Shown one piece after another: positions 11,546 to 21,343 of a stretch of 64,000 nt of DNA. A model generated the notes under the pieces. It did no database searches. It was given only the letters and a program-made list of their open reading frames with translations, and had not been told where the DNA came from. Origin of the DNA: an uncultured Nitrospiraceae bacterium. Lineage in GTDB: Bacteria > Nitrospirota > Nitrospiria > Nitrospirales > Nitrospiraceae. The stretch's first letter is position 1; each line of letters begins with the position of its first letter. Position numbers and translations under genes: made by a program. The DNA is taken from the NCBI GenBank assembly GCA_963706325.1, contig CAVPLT010000001.1, positions 1,183,703-1,247,702 on the forward strand, in the 5' to 3' direction.

Positions 11546-12301
11546 GTGAACGCTATTGGAGTCTTTGCCGCCACCCGTTGGGAGGTGGAAGCCGTTCGCC
11601 AGGCTTTTTCCGTTACCGAGATGAGGCTGATTGGAACCGTTCGTTGCCTCATCGCCCGACAGCGGCATCTTGACTGGTGGATCATCCCGATGGGTGTCGG
11701 TCCTGAACGGGCCGCAGCTACCGCGCGAATGGTGCTCGCGAAACAAGCGTTTGCCGCGATATGGTCCACGGGGTTTGCCTGCGCATTGCGCTCAGCCAAC
11801 ATCGGCGATGTCTTGATGGGAACTTACGCGACCATGTCGGATGATCGAACTGGTCGTGTGGCGTCCCCCTGCGATCCGGCAATGATCGAGTGGGCGAGAC
11901 AGGGACTCGAGAATCGGCATATAGCGGTCCAGATAGGCCCATTCTTGTCAGTGCCGCAGGTGCTTTGCCGCGCAGATGAGAAGCGCGAGATGGCTGATCG
12001 CGTCGGCGCCATCGGGCTCGACATGGAGAGTGCAGCGTTGGGATTGGCGGCATCAGAGCGACAGATCCATTTCGGGATCGTCCGCACCGTTTCGGACCTC
12101 GTCGATGAAGATCTTCCCCTTGACTTCAATCTCTTTCTCAGGCCATCTGGATGGGCGAAGGGTGTGGCCGCCTGCCTGGCTCATCCTACGAGCCTGATTG
12201 GACTAAATCGACTACGTCGTCAAAGTCGCTCGGCCGGTGCACAGCTAACAGCCATCTATCGAGCCTTCGCCGACCTGGCCGGCTTCGAAGTGATGGTCTG
12301 A
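11546..12301 (+). CDS. hpnG: Nucleoside phosphorylase-like protein, probably hopanoid-associated HpnG
   Basis: PNP_UDP-type motifs 'GVGPERA', 'TGFACAL', 'DMESAA', 'RTVSD'; immediately after shc. Confidence 0.7.
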   Translation: MNAIGVFAATRWEVEAVRQAFSVTEMRLIGTVRCLIARQRHLDWWIIPMGVGPERAAATARMVLAKQAFAAIWSTGFACALRSANIGDVLMGTYATMSDDRTGRVASPCDPAMIEWARQGLENRHIAVQIGPFLSVPQVLCRADEKREMADRVGAIGLDMESAALGLAASERQIHFGIVRTVSDLVDEDLPLDFNLFLRPSGWAKGVAACLAHPTSLIGLNRLRRQSRSAGAQLTAIYRAFADLAGFEVMV

Positions 12302-12357
12302 TAGAGCCTGAGAACAGACTGGTTCCGTCCCAGAGGGACGGATGAGAGGAGGACGGG

Positions 12358-13125
12358 TTGGACAGCATTGCTCGCATCGGACGGTACACGCTCGACCTCA
12401 CGGAGCAAATGGGACGGATGACCCTGTTTGTCCTCTCCTCGTTTGCCTGGTTGGGTCGCCCTCCGTTTCGGTTCTACCAAATCGTCAAACAACTGAATTT
12501 CATCGGGTACAAGTCGACCTTCGTCGTTGTGCTGACGGCGGTCTTCACTGGAATGGTCTTGGCGCTCCAAGGGTATTACACCCTGCGGAAGTTCGGCTCG
12601 GAAGCAGTGCTGGGCTCCGCGGTGGCGCTCAGCATCATTCGGGAATTGGGACCAGTCCTCGCGGCATTGATGGTCACGGCACGAGCCGGGTCTGCCATGA
12701 CGGCGGAGATCGGTATCATGCGAATTACGGAGCAGATCGACGCCCTGGACACGATGGCAATCAATCCGCTGCAATATTTGATTGGACCGAAGCTCGTGGC
12801 CAGCTTGATCGCGGTGCCTCTCCTGGTCGCGCTTTTCGATGTGGTAGGGATTTATGGCGGGTACGTGGTCGGCGTGCAGCTGCTGAACGGCAACGAAGGC
12901 GCCTATTGGAGTTCAATCGAATCGGCGGTGGAATGGAAGGACGTGTACGGAGGCATTTGGAAATCCATCAGCTTCGGCCTCTTAATTAGCTGGGTCTGCT
13001 GCTACAAAGGCTTTTACACCAGACAGAGTGCAGAAGGATTGGGCGCCGCTACCACTGAAGCGGTGGTTTTGTCCGCAGTATTAATCCTCGTTTGGGATTA
13101 CTTCCTGACGTCGGTGCTGCTCTGA
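12358..13125 (+). CDS. mlaE: MlaE-family MCE ABC transporter permease
   Basis: 'RELGPVLAALMVTARAGSAMTAEIGIMRITEQIDAL'; TTG start with GGAGG RBS. Confidence 0.93.
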   Translation: MDSIARIGRYTLDLTEQMGRMTLFVLSSFAWLGRPPFRFYQIVKQLNFIGYKSTFVVVLTAVFTGMVLALQGYYTLRKFGSEAVLGSAVALSIIRELGPVLAALMVTARAGSAMTAEIGIMRITEQIDALDTMAINPLQYLIGPKLVASLIAVPLLVALFDVVGIYGGYVVGVQLLNGNEGAYWSSIESAVEWKDVYGGIWKSISFGLLISWVCCYKGFYTRQSAEGLGAATTEAVVLSAVLILVWDYFLTSVLL

Positions 13126-13197
13126 CGATCATGCGGTCTGAAACGAGAGGAACATGCGGCAAAAGCCTGGACCCTGGGAACGCCTCACGGAGAAGGC

Positions 13198-13959
13198 ATG
13201 ATTAAACTGGTCGGCGTTGAAAAGACATTGGGAGGGCAGCCCGTCTTGCGAGGGGTCGACCTGACAATCCCCGAGGGGAAACTCACTACCATCATCGGTG
13301 GAAGCGGCTCGGGCAAGAGCGTGCTGCTGAAGCATATTATAGGTCTCATGCAGCCTGATCGCGGTGAGATCTGGATCGACGGCACCGATATCGCGCACCT
13401 CAAAGGGCAGGCGCTCAATGAGGTCCGCAAGAAGTTCGCCATGCTTTTTCAGAGTGCCGCATTGTTTGATTCGATGACGGTCTTTGACAATGTTGCGTTT
13501 CCTCTCCGGGAGAAACTACGCTTGAGCGGCGACATTGTGAATAGGCGAGTCGACGAAAAATTAGCGCAAGTAGGATTGGCCGGCATGGGCCACAAATTTC
13601 CGGCCGAGTTGAGCGGAGGCATGCGTAAACGAGCCGGCTTAGCGCGCGCGTTAGTGATGGAACCGGAGATTATCCTGTTCGACGAGCCGACAACGGGGCT
13701 CGATCCCTTGATGGCCAAATCCATCCATGATCTGATCGTGGCGATGCAGCGGCAGTTCGGGTTTACCGCGGTCATGGTCAGTCACGAGATCCCGGAGATT
13801 TTTGGGATTTCAGATTGGGTGGCCATGATCAAGAAAGGGCGCATTGCCGAAATGGCGCCTTCGAGCGAATTTGTAAAGACCACGGACGAAGAAATTCGGG
13901 AGTTTATTTTTGTCGGAGGCCCCTTCAGCGCGAAAGGTCTGCCGACCGCATCTCTCTGA
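13198..13959 (+). CDS. mlaF: MlaF-family ABC ATPase
   Basis: Walker A 'GGSGSGKS', 'FQSAALFDSMTV', 'LSGGMRKR', 'DEPTTGLDP'. Confidence 0.93.
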   Translation: MIKLVGVEKTLGGQPVLRGVDLTIPEGKLTTIIGGSGSGKSVLLKHIIGLMQPDRGEIWIDGTDIAHLKGQALNEVRKKFAMLFQSAALFDSMTVFDNVAFPLREKLRLSGDIVNRRVDEKLAQVGLAGMGHKFPAELSGGMRKRAGLARALVMEPEIILFDEPTTGLDPLMAKSIHDLIVAMQRQFGFTAVMVSHEIPEIFGISDWVAMIKKGRIAEMAPSSEFVKTTDEEIREFIFVGGPFSAKGLPTASL

Positions 13960-13972
13960 TGTAGGAGACTAT

Positions 13973-14416
13973 ATGGAACGTGCAAAAGTTGAATTGATGG
14001 TAGGCGTCTTCGTGCTCGTGGGGGTGGCATGCCTGGGCTATCTGTCCATCAAATTGGGCAAGCTCGAAGTCATCGGGGGAAACAACTACGCCGTGGATGC
14101 GGAGTTCACATCGGCTTCTGGCCTGAAGCCGGGCGCATCCGTTGAAATCGCCGGGGTTGAGGTGGGGCGTGTTAAGCAGATCGGATTGAACACCGACCGA
14201 GCTGTGGTCGCTCTGGCGATTCAGGATGGTGTGAAGCTCTATTCAGATACGATTGCGTCGATCAAGACACGCGGGATCATCGGTGATAAGTATCTGGCCT
14301 TGTCCCTCGGCGGCGGGGGTGATCCGCTGAAACCTGGAGACAAGATTCGGGACACCGAATCCGGACTTGATCTGGAAGAATTGGTCAGCCAGTATGTGCA
14401 TGGGAAGGTCAACTAA
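13973..14416 (+). CDS. mlaD: MlaD MCE-domain protein
   Basis: N-terminal TM, 'GLKPGASVEIAGVEVGRV', 'TRGIIGDKYLAL'; ATG 13973 with AGGAG RBS. Confidence 0.92.
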   Translation: MERAKVELMVGVFVLVGVACLGYLSIKLGKLEVIGGNNYAVDAEFTSASGLKPGASVEIAGVEVGRVKQIGLNTDRAVVALAIQDGVKLYSDTIASIKTRGIIGDKYLALSLGGGGDPLKPGDKIRDTESGLDLEELVSQYVHGKVN

Positions 14417-14432
14417 CGCGGAGACAGGTTGA

Positions 14433-15113
14433 GTGATGACTCACAATGAACGAGGCCGGTGGCAAGATACGATCACCACTCTGGGAAGAGGTGTTGGGAT
14501 GCATGGACTGCGATGGAAGATGATCGTGGTGGCGCTAGCGGTCCAGCTGTGCCTGTCGGGGCTATCGCCTGCTATGGCAGGGCCTGCTACGGAATCGATC
14601 AGGGGGACGATCGATGAAGTGTTCAAGGTATTGAACGATCAGGAATTGAAAAAACCGGCACGTCATGAGGCCCGCCGGCAGCGCCTGGAAGATGTGGTCG
14701 GGGCGCGATTCGATTATTCGGAAATGGCGCGGCGGTCACTGGGCACCCAATGGAACCAAATGTCCGAGAAAGATAAACAGGAATTCGTCGAGCTCTTTCG
14801 AACGCTGCTGACCAATACATATGCAGATCGCGTTGAGAACTACTCCGGCGAAGGTGTCCAATACCTCAACGAGCGGACGGAAAAAGAATATGCGGAGGTG
14901 CGCACCAAGGTCCTCTCCGGAAAAACCGAAATCCCCATGGATTATCGGCTTCTGCACAAGGATAACGATTGGCGTGTGTACGACGTCGTGGTCGATGGCG
15001 TCAGTCTGGTGAATAATTACCGTGGTCAGTTTACGAAGATCCTCCACACCTCCTCTTATCCAGGTCTCGTCGATCAACTCCGCAAGAAGTCCGATAAGAT
15101 CAAAGCCCCTTAG
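14433..15113 (+). CDS. mlaC: MlaC/Ttg2D (HpnM-like) periplasmic lipid-binding protein
   Basis: Signal peptide, 'FDYSEMARRSLG..W', 'WRVYDVVVDGVSLVNNYRGQF'; start uncertain. Confidence 0.9.
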   Translation: MMTHNERGRWQDTITTLGRGVGMHGLRWKMIVVALAVQLCLSGLSPAMAGPATESIRGTIDEVFKVLNDQELKKPARHEARRQRLEDVVGARFDYSEMARRSLGTQWNQMSEKDKQEFVELFRTLLTNTYADRVENYSGEGVQYLNERTEKEYAEVRTKVLSGKTEIPMDYRLLHKDNDWRVYDVVVDGVSLVNNYRGQFTKILHTSSYPGLVDQLRKKSDKIKAP

Positions 15114-15142
15114 CCAGGGGGCGGTCGATTCCGACGAGCGCC

Positions 15143-16345
15143 ATGCAGGGTCATCACTTGTTGCCGATTCGTATTCTCTTGGCGTTGGCCGCACTCCTGC
15201 TCGGAAGTCTCTCGTGCGCTCACGCAGACACGCAGATTTTTCCGGTCCCGTCGGTCTCGACCAGCAAGAATGACGGCCAGGATGCCGGCTTAATTGCGCC
15301 TATTCTGATCTCCGACCCTGACGGTGAGTTGAAATATCTCATGGCGCCGATGCTCATTCAGAATTCCATCGTGGGCACTCGAGCGGTTTTCAATCTGTTC
15401 AAGTACGACCCGGGTGGTCGTCAAATGCGCTTCGTCGCCTCGCTGACTGAGCGGATCGAGCGCAAAGTGTTATTCGATTATGTGGATCCTGCCTTCGGAA
15501 ACGGGCAATATTCTCTCAACTTCGGTGGAACGTTCTTTAAGAATGCGACCTCCCGCTTTTTCGGGCTAGGTCAATCGACGGTGCAGGCAGACGAAACAAA
15601 CTACACGGCCAGGGAAGCGCGCGCTTACTGGCGGCTTGGTCTGTACGCCAATGAGGTGACTCAGATTTCGGTGGGCCAGCGCGTTCGGCAAGTAGAGATT
15701 CAACGGGGCGCTACGGATCTGCCTTTTTCGGTCGAGCAATTCCCCACGGTCGATGGCATGCAAGGCGAGACCATTATCGTGGGGCACCGCGCATCGTTTT
15801 ATTATGATACGCGCGACAGCCTGGTCACACCCACCGACGGCGTCGCCGTCATGGCCTATGCTGAGCTGAACCAGAATATCAGAAACGGCGATCATCCCGT
15901 GTATTCGCGATATGAACTCGAAATCAAGAAGCTGTTTCCGAGCGAATCGAAGCGCGCCATTCTCATCGTACGCGCTGATTTACAAGCGACGCTCGGGTCT
16001 CAAGTGCCGTTTTTTGAGCAGTCTTCCCTGGGGGGGCAGAACAACCTCCGTGGGTTCGGAATGGATCGATATATCGATAAGCATTTGGTCGCCTTCAGCA
16101 TCGAGGAACGCATCCATCTGTTGCGGACTAAAGTGGCCGGGGTGACGGCGGATTTTGAGGTGGCTCCCTTTCTGGACACGGGCCAGGTGTTCAATTCCTT
16201 TAAGGATGTCAGTTTCCAGGACTATCGCATGACTCCTGGGGTGGGGTTTCGCGCGATTGTACGTCCCAATGTCGTCGGTCGCCTCGATTACGGCTATAGC
16301 CGAGAGGGCGGAGCGATTTTTGCGGGTTTAGATTTTCCCTACTAG
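15143..16345 (+). CDS. Omp85/BamA-TamA-like outer-membrane beta-barrel lacking POTRA domains
   Basis: Signal peptide; 'YDTRDSLVTPTDG', loop-6 motif 'LGGQNNLRGF', 'FLDTGQVF', C-terminal 'GLDFPY'; only 400 aa. Confidence 0.75.
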   Translation: MQGHHLLPIRILLALAALLLGSLSCAHADTQIFPVPSVSTSKNDGQDAGLIAPILISDPDGELKYLMAPMLIQNSIVGTRAVFNLFKYDPGGRQMRFVASLTERIERKVLFDYVDPAFGNGQYSLNFGGTFFKNATSRFFGLGQSTVQADETNYTAREARAYWRLGLYANEVTQISVGQRVRQVEIQRGATDLPFSVEQFPTVDGMQGETIIVGHRASFYYDTRDSLVTPTDGVAVMAYAELNQNIRNGDHPVYSRYELEIKKLFPSESKRAILIVRADLQATLGSQVPFFEQSSLGGQNNLRGFGMDRYIDKHLVAFSIEERIHLLRTKVAGVTADFEVAPFLDTGQVFNSFKDVSFQDYRMTPGVGFRAIVRPNVVGRLDYGYSREGGAIFAGLDFPY

Positions 16346-16542
16346 TACGCTGTTGAAGAACCAGTTCGACGCCCCTGAAAAAACAAAATGGCCAATTGCA
16401 GAGGGGGTGGATATTCGCAGGATCATCAAAAAAGCCATCCAGCGTGCACCGTACGTTGAGTCTCCGGGCCATGCGAAAGCGAAGCCGGAGGATTCTTTCA
16501 ACATCCTGCTCGGTGCCTGTGGGCGAACGGCCGGTATTGCTC

Positions 16543-17541
16543 ATGCGGCACATACTTCTATCATTCTTTGGCATTCTCTTGCTGTGTGGGACGCCGTTCT
16601 CGCTCGGGGCTGAGGGATTTGGCCCTTTTCCGGTCAGGAATTTTCAGGCGCTGGATCAGCTGGTTCTCGGTATGCCTGGCGAACGGGCGGCAGTGCTCCG
16701 CAGGGGCGATTTCGACGTGCGGCTTGAGCTGGCCAATACGGCCACGGTTGCTAAGGACAGCGAAGAACAGGCCGAGGTGACGATGAAATTTGAGACCGTA
16801 CGGGCCGGCCTCTTTCTTCGCTATGGTCTGACCGACCGGTTGGAGATCGGGGCAGAAGTTCCCGTGCTTCACCGCTATGGGGGATTTATGGAGGGCGCGA
16901 TCAAGAGTGTGGAGAATGCCACGACTGGAGTGGCACCGGCACGCAAAGCTCTCGGCGACACTCCCTATGCGTTCAACATCTCCAACGGCGGGCGAACCAT
17001 GTTTAAAGGGTCGGATGGGGCTACCGGACTGGGAGACGTGTCATTTTTTGGGAAGTACCAACTGCTGAAAGAAACCTCTGCCCTGCCTGCGATGTCGCTT
17101 CGCGTGGCGGTGAAGGCGCCCACGGGAGACACGGCGGAGGTATTCGGGAGTGGCCATCCTGACGCCGGCATCGGGTTGGCTCTGGAGAAGGCTTTTGCGG
17201 CCCACTGGATTGTGTACATGAATGTGAATGGCATATTCCCCACGGGGCGGATTGCCGGGCTTGATCTTCAGCCTGTGATAAATGGGATGGTGGCGGTCGA
17301 ATATCTTTGGACCGAGAACTTTTCCATCACGACCCATTTTGACTACTACTCACCGCCATTCCACGGGACGGGGACCAGGGTATTGGACAAAGGAGTCACG
17401 GAGGCAGTGCTGGGTGTAAGCTACCGCGTCCTGCCGGGCCTCTTATGGCAACTCTACGCAGTGGAGAACTTGGATTTTATTACGGGAAGCGCGGCGGACG
17501 TTACGCTCTCAACCGTGTTGACCTATCGGTTTCGTTCGTAG
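16543..17541 (+). CDS. Putative outer-membrane beta-barrel (DUF3187-like / transporter-family)
   Basis: Signal peptide from ATG 16543; 'GLGDV', 'KAPTGD....GSG..D', amphipathic strands, C-terminal 'YRFRS'. Confidence 0.6.
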   Translation: MRHILLSFFGILLLCGTPFSLGAEGFGPFPVRNFQALDQLVLGMPGERAAVLRRGDFDVRLELANTATVAKDSEEQAEVTMKFETVRAGLFLRYGLTDRLEIGAEVPVLHRYGGFMEGAIKSVENATTGVAPARKALGDTPYAFNISNGGRTMFKGSDGATGLGDVSFFGKYQLLKETSALPAMSLRVAVKAPTGDTAEVFGSGHPDAGIGLALEKAFAAHWIVYMNVNGIFPTGRIAGLDLQPVINGMVAVEYLWTENFSITTHFDYYSPPFHGTGTRVLDKGVTEAVLGVSYRVLPGLLWQLYAVENLDFITGSAADVTLSTVLTYRFRS

Positions 17542-17771
17542 CAGCATTCGCACAGTGGGGACAGTAAAGATTCTGTCGACTCTTGGGGATCTCATACTCG
17601 ATCGTAAGCATAAGAGAAATCTTGACACGAGCCGTGGCATATGTGAAGATGACACGACGTAAACGAACTTCTTACGCTGCTTCGCCGCCATCTTCTCAAG
17701 ACAATTGTTTCCCACTGAATGAAAATTCATATCTGCGCCCAGTTGTCATGCCTTGACAAGGAGATCGTGCA

Positions 17772-19718
17772 ATGTCTCTGCTGAAACATATCCACAGTCC
17801 CGCTGATTTGAAACGTCTCTCCCCTGAACAGTTTCCGGAACTATGCCAGGAGATCCGTGAACAGATCCTCGCGGTAGTTTCCAACGTTGGAGGGCACTTG
17901 GCCTCCAACCTTGGCGTCGTGGAGCTGACCGTTGCGCTGCAGTATCTCCTCGACACGCCGAATGACAAGATCGTCTGGGATACCAGTAATCAAGCCTATG
18001 CCCACAAGTTGCTAACCGGCCGCCGGGAGCAGTTTCACACGCTCCGGCAGTATGGGGGACTAAGCGGATTTTGTAAACGCGAAGAGACTGCTTACGACAC
18101 GTTTAACGCCGGTCATGCCGGCACCGGCGTCTCCGCCGCATTCGGGATGGTAGAAGCGCGTGACCAACGGCATCAGAAGCACAAAGTGGTGTGTGTGGTG
18201 GGTGATGGCGCCATGACGGCGGGTATGACTTTGGAAGGGCTGCACCATGCCGGAGGGACCAACAAAGATTTCATCGTCGTTCTGAACGACAATCAAATGT
18301 CTATTTCGAAGAACGTCGGAGCGATCTCGGCCTATTTGAACCGGACGTTCACCGGGGAGTTCTACGCGCGGATGCGGGAAGAAACCGGTCAGCTGCTGCG
18401 AAGGATTCCACATATCGGCCTCGAAGTGCAAAAGATTGCCCGCCGCGCCGAAGAATTGGCCAAAGGCGCGATTCTTCCGGGTCTGCTGTTCGAAGAGTTG
18501 GGCTTCCAGTATGCCGGACCGATTGATGGCCATAATTTCGAACACCTTCTGCCGACGTTGGAGAATGTGCTGAAAATGAAAGGCCCGGTCCTGCTCCACG
18601 TGATTACGAAAAAGGGGCTAGGGTATGAGCCGGCGATGGAAAATCCCGTCTGGTTCCATGCTTGCCCTCCATTCGTGCGAGAAACGGGCAAACCGGCTAA
18701 GAAAGCATCCAGGCCCAGCTATACGAGCATGGCCGTTGATGCCCTGATCAAGGTCGCGCACCAGGATAAACGGATTGTGGCCATCACCGCCGCCATGTGC
18801 GAGGGCACGGGTCTCAATGCGTTTGAAAAAGTATTTCCCGATCGTATTTATGACGTCGGCATTGCCGAGCAGCATGCGGTCACGTTCGCAGCTGGAATGG
18901 CCGCGCAAGGCATGAAGCCCGTTGTCGCGCTCTATTCCACTTTCCTTCAGCGCGCCTATGATCAGGTTGTGCACGATGTGGCCACGCAGAATTTGCCGGT
19001 GACCTTTTGCATCGACCGGGGTGGGCTTGTTGCGGAAGATGGAACGACCCACCATGGCGCGTTCGACTTTGCATTTTTACGGCATGTACCGAATATGGTC
19101 GTCACGGCGCCCAAGGACGAAAACGAGTTGCAGCATTTGATGAAGACCTGTGTGAGTTATGACGGTCCCGCTTCAGTGCGTTATGCCCGTGGCGTGAGCC
19201 TCGGGGTCCCGATGGATCCGGAGCCTACCGCGTTGCCGATCGGCAAAGGCGAATTGTTGCGCGAAGGCACCGATGTCGCGATTGTCGCGATCGGAGTCAC
19301 CGTATGGCCGGCAGTCAAGGCCGCGGAGCGCTTGGCCCAGGAAGGAATCTCGGCCGCAGTGATTAATGCCCGTTTCGTGAAGCCGTTAGATACCGAACTG
19401 ATCATCGAAACGGCGAAGAATGTGCGCTGCTTGATCACTGTCGAGGAAGGCTCCAAGATGGGAGGGTTTGGTTCCGCGGTGTTGGAGGCCCTGTCCGAGG
19501 AAGGGATCACCCATTTGCGAACGAAGCTTCTCGGCCTCCCGGATTGGTACATCGAGCAGGGACCGCAAGATTTCCTGCGGGAACGATATGGGCTGACCGA
19601 AGAGGGCATTTACAACGGTGTGAAGGCGTTGTTTGGAGCTAGTGTGGCCACAGATGACGCCGCTCGACTGGCGTCATTGGTCGGAAGCTTGCCGCATGGG
19701 GATGAGCAGGGCAGCTAG
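17772..19718 (+). CDS. dxs: 1-deoxy-D-xylulose-5-phosphate synthase
   Basis: 'GGHLASNLGVVEL', TPP motif 'GDGAMTAG...NDN', 'DVGIAEQHAV', 'YSTFLQRAYDQ', 'DRGG'. Confidence 0.97.
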   Translation: MSLLKHIHSPADLKRLSPEQFPELCQEIREQILAVVSNVGGHLASNLGVVELTVALQYLLDTPNDKIVWDTSNQAYAHKLLTGRREQFHTLRQYGGLSGFCKREETAYDTFNAGHAGTGVSAAFGMVEARDQRHQKHKVVCVVGDGAMTAGMTLEGLHHAGGTNKDFIVVLNDNQMSISKNVGAISAYLNRTFTGEFYARMREETGQLLRRIPHIGLEVQKIARRAEELAKGAILPGLLFEELGFQYAGPIDGHNFEHLLPTLENVLKMKGPVLLHVITKKGLGYEPAMENPVWFHACPPFVRETGKPAKKASRPSYTSMAVDALIKVAHQDKRIVAITAAMCEGTGLNAFEKVFPDRIYDVGIAEQHAVTFAAGMAAQGMKPVVALYSTFLQRAYDQVVHDVATQNLPVTFCIDRGGLVAEDGTTHHGAFDFAFLRHVPNMVVTAPKDENELQHLMKTCVSYDGPASVRYARGVSLGVPMDPEPTALPIGKGELLREGTDVAIVAIGVTVWPAVKAAERLAQEGISAAVINARFVKPLDTELIIETAKNVRCLITVEEGSKMGGFGSAVLEALSEEGITHLRTKLLGLPDWYIEQGPQDFLRERYGLTEEGIYNGVKALFGASVATDDAARLASLVGSLPHGDEQGS

Positions 19719-19759
19719 CCGCCCAGGGTTAGTCAAAGAGCAAACACGCCGGGAAATTC

Positions 19760-20962
19760 ATGCACATCACACGGAAGAAAACGCGGCAGATTCAAGCAGG
19801 GTCGGTGAAGATCGGCGGCGATGCGCCGATTTCGGTCCAGTCCATGTGTTCGACCGATACGCGCGATGTGACAGCCACAGTCGCTCAGATCCGTCAACTG
19901 GAGGACGCCGGTTGCGAGATCATTCGTGTCGCCGTGCCCGATGATGCGGCGGCTGCGGTCCTTCCCCAGATCAAAGCGGCAATGACGGTGCCACTGATCG
20001 CCGATATTCACTTCGACCATCGCCTTGCCCTCAAAGCCGCTGAAGTGGTCGATTGCGTCCGCATCAACCCGGGCAACATCGGGCCCTGGTGGAAGGTGCA
20101 GGAGGTTCTCAAGGCGGTTAATGAGCGAGGAATTCCCTTGCGAGTAGGGGTCAATGGTGGCTCTCTCGAGAGACCCCTGCTGGATAAATATGGATGGCCT
20201 TCACCGGAAGCCCTTTCAGAATCGGCATTGAATGCGGTGCATGCATTGGAAGACGAGGGCTTCACCAATATGAAGGTGTCGCTCAAGGCCTCCGACGTTC
20301 ACCACGCCATTGATGCGTATTATTTGTTTTCCACTCAATCAAATTACCCTTTGCATATCGGGATTACGGAAGCCGGGACGGCCATGACCGGAGCCGTGAA
20401 ATCTGCTATCGGGCTGGGGTGGCTTTTATCGCAGGGCATCGGCGATACACTGCGGGTCTCCCTCGCGGCCGATCCGGTGGAAGAGGTCAAAGTCGGCTTT
20501 GAGATTCTCAAGTCGCTGGAGTTGCGCCACCGCGGCATCAATGTCATCGCCTGCCCGACCTGCGGCCGAGTTGAGATCGATGTCGTGCGTATGGCGAATG
20601 AGCTGGAAAAGAAATTGGGCCATATTAAGACGCCTCTCAACGTGTCCGTGCTCGGCTGTGTGGTGAACGGCATTGGGGAAGGCAAGGAAGCAGATATCGG
20701 CATTGCCGGTGGAGAAGGCAAGGGCATTCTCTTCAAAAAGGGCAAGCTGATGCGGAAAGTACCCATCGAAGACCTCATGGACACCCTGATTCGCGAAGTT
20801 GAACTGCTGGCGAAAGAGAAAGAAGCCGAAGGCGGGACTGCGCATGATGGGGAGGCCATGGAAGACGCGCATGCGGAGGCAGGGTGGGAATTAATCGGTC
20901 ATGCGACAGATGAACACTCGACCATTGTCAGAGATATTCCCGTGCTTCCGACTGAGCGGTAG
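19760..20962 (+). CDS. ispG: (E)-4-hydroxy-3-methylbut-2-enyl-diphosphate synthase
   Basis: 'VQSM', 'ADIHFD', 'RINPGN', 'GIGDTLRVSL', Fe-S motif 'CPTCGR...GCVVNG.GE'. Confidence 0.97.
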   Translation: MHITRKKTRQIQAGSVKIGGDAPISVQSMCSTDTRDVTATVAQIRQLEDAGCEIIRVAVPDDAAAAVLPQIKAAMTVPLIADIHFDHRLALKAAEVVDCVRINPGNIGPWWKVQEVLKAVNERGIPLRVGVNGGSLERPLLDKYGWPSPEALSESALNAVHALEDEGFTNMKVSLKASDVHHAIDAYYLFSTQSNYPLHIGITEAGTAMTGAVKSAIGLGWLLSQGIGDTLRVSLAADPVEEVKVGFEILKSLELRHRGINVIACPTCGRVEIDVVRMANELEKKLGHIKTPLNVSVLGCVVNGIGEGKEADIGIAGGEGKGILFKKGKLMRKVPIEDLMDTLIREVELLAKEKEAEGGTAHDGEAMEDAHAEAGWELIGHATDEHSTIVRDIPVLPTER

Positions 20963-21022
20963 TCTAACGCCATTGGATCTTAGGTCTGTCTCGATTATTC
21001 CTTCAGTTCCCTCGCTTGGCGG

Positions 21023-21052
21023 TTGAGTTCCTGAAGGTCCCCCTTCTATAAT
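21023..21052 (+). promoter_or_regulatory. Putative sigma70 promoter of tRNA-Cys
   Basis: TTGAGT (21023-21028), 18 nt, TATAAT (21047-21052), 9 nt before the tRNA. Confidence 0.6.
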
Positions 21053-21061
21053 CCCATCCGT

Positions 21062-21137
21062 GGCGCCGTACCCAAGTGGCTAAGGGAGCAGTCTGCAAAA
21101 CTGCGATGCGGCGGTTCGAACCCGCCCGGCGCCTCCA
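21062..21137 (+). tRNA. tRNA-Cys (GCA)
   Basis: Acceptor stem GGCGCCG/CGGCGCC, anticodon arm GCAGT-CTGCAAA-ACTGC, T-loop GGTTCGAAC, encoded CCA. Confidence 0.96.
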
Positions 21138-21343
21138 AACATTCCTGCTGGTATTTCAGATGGTTCGGTCATTCTGACAGGGCCATCTTTCACGCTGTTA
21201 TTCACTGCTACTGGCCGACGAATAATACCCACCGGAGCCATTACCGTCCCCTTCCCACATCGTGCATGCCGCTGTCTCGTCATCGTGATGCCCGCTGGCG
21301 GTTAGGCCTCCGTGGAAATTTCACATCCGTCGCATCGCGTCGG

